A DNA stretch of 64,000 nt, taken from the human T2T-CHM13v2.0 reference genome, Homo sapiens. The translations under genes were made by a program, and so were the position numbers. The stretch is taken from the NCBI RefSeq assembly GCF_009914755.1, contig NC_060932.1; one strand, given 5' to 3'. The notes beneath the pieces were generated by a model. That model saw only the letters and a list, made by a program, of their open reading frames with translations. It did not search any database and was not told the DNA's origin. This document shows, in pieces, positions 60,801-64,000 of the stretch; within the stretch, counting starts at the first letter, position 1; every line of letters starts with the position of its first letter.

Positions 60801-62866
60801 TTTTTTCTTCCTACACTATGAGTGCTGAATGATCATTTAGACATTTAGTTGCTCAATATGACAAGTCCACCATTTGTTAGCTTGACATATTATAATTTAT
60901 AAAGGAGTATTCTAATTTTACTTTTAGTTTATTCTTCTCATTTTATACAATATTCATGATAGCAATTTGAATGGGGATATTCATAGCTATTGTGAGTAGC
61001 TGTGATTTAAATAAAACTATATTTGGTATGAAATATTACCATTGTTTTATGATGTATTAATTTTAATGTTTAAATAGCTTTTTCATATGTTAATATAACA
61101 TAAACCAAGAGTTGATGAGAAATCCTCATTATAGTGGTGCTCACTCACATTGCTATAGTTAATGTCTCAACATTTCCATTATATGAAGACCTATTTTTAG
61201 TGTGGCTTGGACAAAGAAATTGTCATGGGGTGCAAAGCCAAAATCTGCTGTTTTAGAAAAGTGACTACAGATTCATTGAACTGAGTATCCGATTCCATCT
61301 CCTAAGCAGATAATATTCTTAAGAAATTTTAAGCCCAGTAGTACATTTTTTATGTTAGCCCACAATGCCTTTTAAAATCTTTTTATGGAAGCTCAGAGAA
61401 GACAAGGAATTAGAAAATTTAACTTTAGAAGACTACATTTTAAAACTGGTAACATATATCTTCCATCTAATTTTCTTTCTTTTCTGATTTATAAGGCCAT
61501 AGTTATATCTTTGATTTGTTCCAATTTGGCATTTGAATATGAATTTATTTCAAATTATGAGCTAACTTGCATTTTAGCTTGCTTGCTCTGAGTGTCCAAA
61601 AAAGTAGTAGATTAAATGAATGAATTGGAAAAAGAGTTTCAGTAGCTTTTCTGGTTAAATCATAATAAAAGTTTTACATTTATTTCCTATATTTTCTATT
61701 TTTTTCAGTGTCTAACATATTTATCTAACAACTTATTCTAAATATTTATTATGTATAATATTCAAAGTAAGTTAAAACTTTGCCCCATTTTAGTTTGCTT
61801 TGTGATTTTTCTTCTTCTTCTCCTTTTTTTTGTTTTTTTGCTTAAAACACAACTACTTTCAAAAATAAAATGTGGTTGGTTAAATAATATATACTATAAA
61901 ATCTTTTCTAACTTGGAATTAAATTTCAAACCATGGAATTATATAAAGACTACATATTTACAGCTTAATTATGCAGTAAAATATTAAAGAACTGTAATTC
62001 AAACATCATATGATATGGCTTGGTTAATTTATGAGACTAAAATGTTGGCTATTCGTTAGTAATTTCATGGCTTTGGACATAGAAATTTTGTTTCCCACAT
62101 AAGATATGTTCTATATTTGTATATTTCTGAGTTACAGGGCAAATAGAGACTTCTCTTATGTATATGAGTCATCTCTGCCAATGATATACTTTATTACATT
62201 TAGTGTGTTTTGTCAAGTTTTATATATATTTTAAAAGGGTGCGGGTTAAAACATCATTTTGTAACCTTATTCCGATAGATCATGAAACTTTAAGCAATTA
62301 TAGAACTTTTAAGTTGAAATCCTAGCATAATAATTTTCCTAAAATAAACACCTAACTGTTCTTCCCAAAGATATCAGGTTACATTACACTGTTTTTTTTT
62401 TCTAATCCTTATTTTTGAAGGGTAAAAAGCAAAACATTACACAACAAAACAAAATACCAAAATAAAAACCTAGCGCCTGAGTTTAACTTGTTATACATGG
62501 TTCTGTGCTGTAGCAGAATGTGTTTCTGGGCCACATGACAGAGAGATAGAGGTAACCTTGCAGTATTTTTTGGCATATCCCTTCTGCACCAGTCTCACTT
62601 GAGGGGCTGGTTACTTATTACCTTCTAAATCGAAACATTTAACTGCTGGGAATTCTTGACTATAAGGGAGTGAGATATTTTATATGTTAAAAAAGAAACA
62701 AAAGAAAGAAACTTGAGTTAGAATGAATTTTCTTTCCATAAATTAATAAACTCCAAATGTAACCTATATAGTTAGATTTTTAAAGTAAATCAACAGTGTA
62801 AAAGTAACATTATTTTGGTGAATATCATTTTTGTGAAGCAAAGTTCTTTGCTTTGAGCGCATTATC

Positions 62867-63174
62867 TTTTTTTTTTTTTTTTTTTTTTTTTGAGACAGTG
62901 TCTCACACCATCACCCAAAGCTGGAGTGCAGTGGTGCAATCTCGGCTCACTGCAGCCTCCACCTCCTAGATTCAAGCAATCATCCTGTCTCAGCCTCCTG
63001 AGTAGCTGGAATTACAGGTGTGCACCACCATGCCTGGCTAATGTTTTGTATTTTTAGTAAAGATGGGGTTTCGCCACGTTGGCCAGGCTGGTCTTGAACT
63101 CATGATCTCTAGTGATCCACCTGCCTTGGCCTCTCAAAGTGCTGGGATTACAGACTGAGCCACCATGCCTGGCC
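62867..63174 (-). mobile_element. Alu (Sz/Jb-like)
   Basis: Full antisense dimer with long T tail; degenerate TSD ending attatcttt on both sides. Confidence 0.93.
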
Positions 63175-63489
63175 TAGTGAATTATCTTTATCTCCATTTT
63201 ATAACTGAGTCTTCCAAGTGAACATGCATGGAACCATTTAATTAAAGAAAGAAAATTACTCATCTAAAAACAATAAATGCACCTCTTTTTGATGTTTGAA
63301 CCAAATTTTTGATCTAGTCCTCAAGTGTACTTCATCATCATATTTATCATTATTGTCAATTTCCAGAACTTCTATTACTTGCTTCCCTTCCCGATTTTAC
63401 CTGCCGGCTACTGTGCAAGCAAACACTCAACGGATATTGTTCCCATATCTCAACTTTCAAGGACATTACAATGACATAAAAATATTTGC

Positions 63490-63700
63490 TGAATGATTAT
63501 CACGTTTCAGAAATGCTTCTAAAATTTGCATGTGTTATTTCATTTAACCCTTACAACAATTAAATAAAGTATTTGTCTTTACTATCTGCATTTCTCACAG
63601 GTGGAAACTGAGACTTAGAGAGCAACAGTGACTTGCCTGTTATCATTCAGTTAGTTAATGAGGAGCCAGAAGTGCATCTGGAGCTAGTTCTTTAATCAAA
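63490..63700 (-). mobile_element. MIR
   Basis: tttcatttaacccttacaacaa...ggaaactgagacttagagag...gtgacttgcc. Confidence 0.75.
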
Positions 63701-64000
63701 GTAATAGACACACTATCAAAATACAATACTTAGAAAGACATGAATACATGAGAAATAAACGTATATAGTTTACCTATAATGTTAAAAGCATATTTGTAGA
63801 GATAATGGAGTCTTAGGAATCATTTGTTCAGAAACTAAGAATTTTCAAAACCAAAGTTTTATACTTGATACAGCATGTCCAAGGTTTGAGAATGCACAAA
63901 GAGATTACTCTGGGTGTTCTTTTAGAAAAGGCCTAGGCATTGTCTAATGGAATGTCTGGGATTATTTGATTGTAAAGGAGTGTTCACATTTGATTAACTT

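Overview
Human genomic DNA: a human-specific AluYb8 is present, along with primate L1PA, Alu, ERV LTR and DNA-transposon fossils. The window is AT-rich, repeat-dense and non-coding (deep intron or gene desert). I recognise no host protein-coding exon, RNA gene or CpG-island promoter, and all long ORFs belong to LINE-1 elements. Main content: a full-length inactivated L1PA2-like element (17990-24016), an internally deleted L1PA5-like element (35113-38456), two twin-primed L1s, several solo LTRs and Alus with TSDs, and TALE/HOX-motif-rich unique blocks near 49-50 kb and 60 kb. Structure not explained by repeat annotation: (1) an ancient ~600-bp inverted duplication at 39.2-41.9 kb with 47-bp and 27-bp perfect cores; (2) an apparent L1 3' transduction of L2-derived DNA trapped inside a MER82; (3) a ~340-bp diverged direct duplication whose 32-bp perfect core carries a MEIS/HOX-like motif; (4) several templated-insertion or fold-back scars. 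I cannot support a new biological system from sequence alone. Subfamily names come from recalled consensus sequences, and boundaries without TSDs are approximate.
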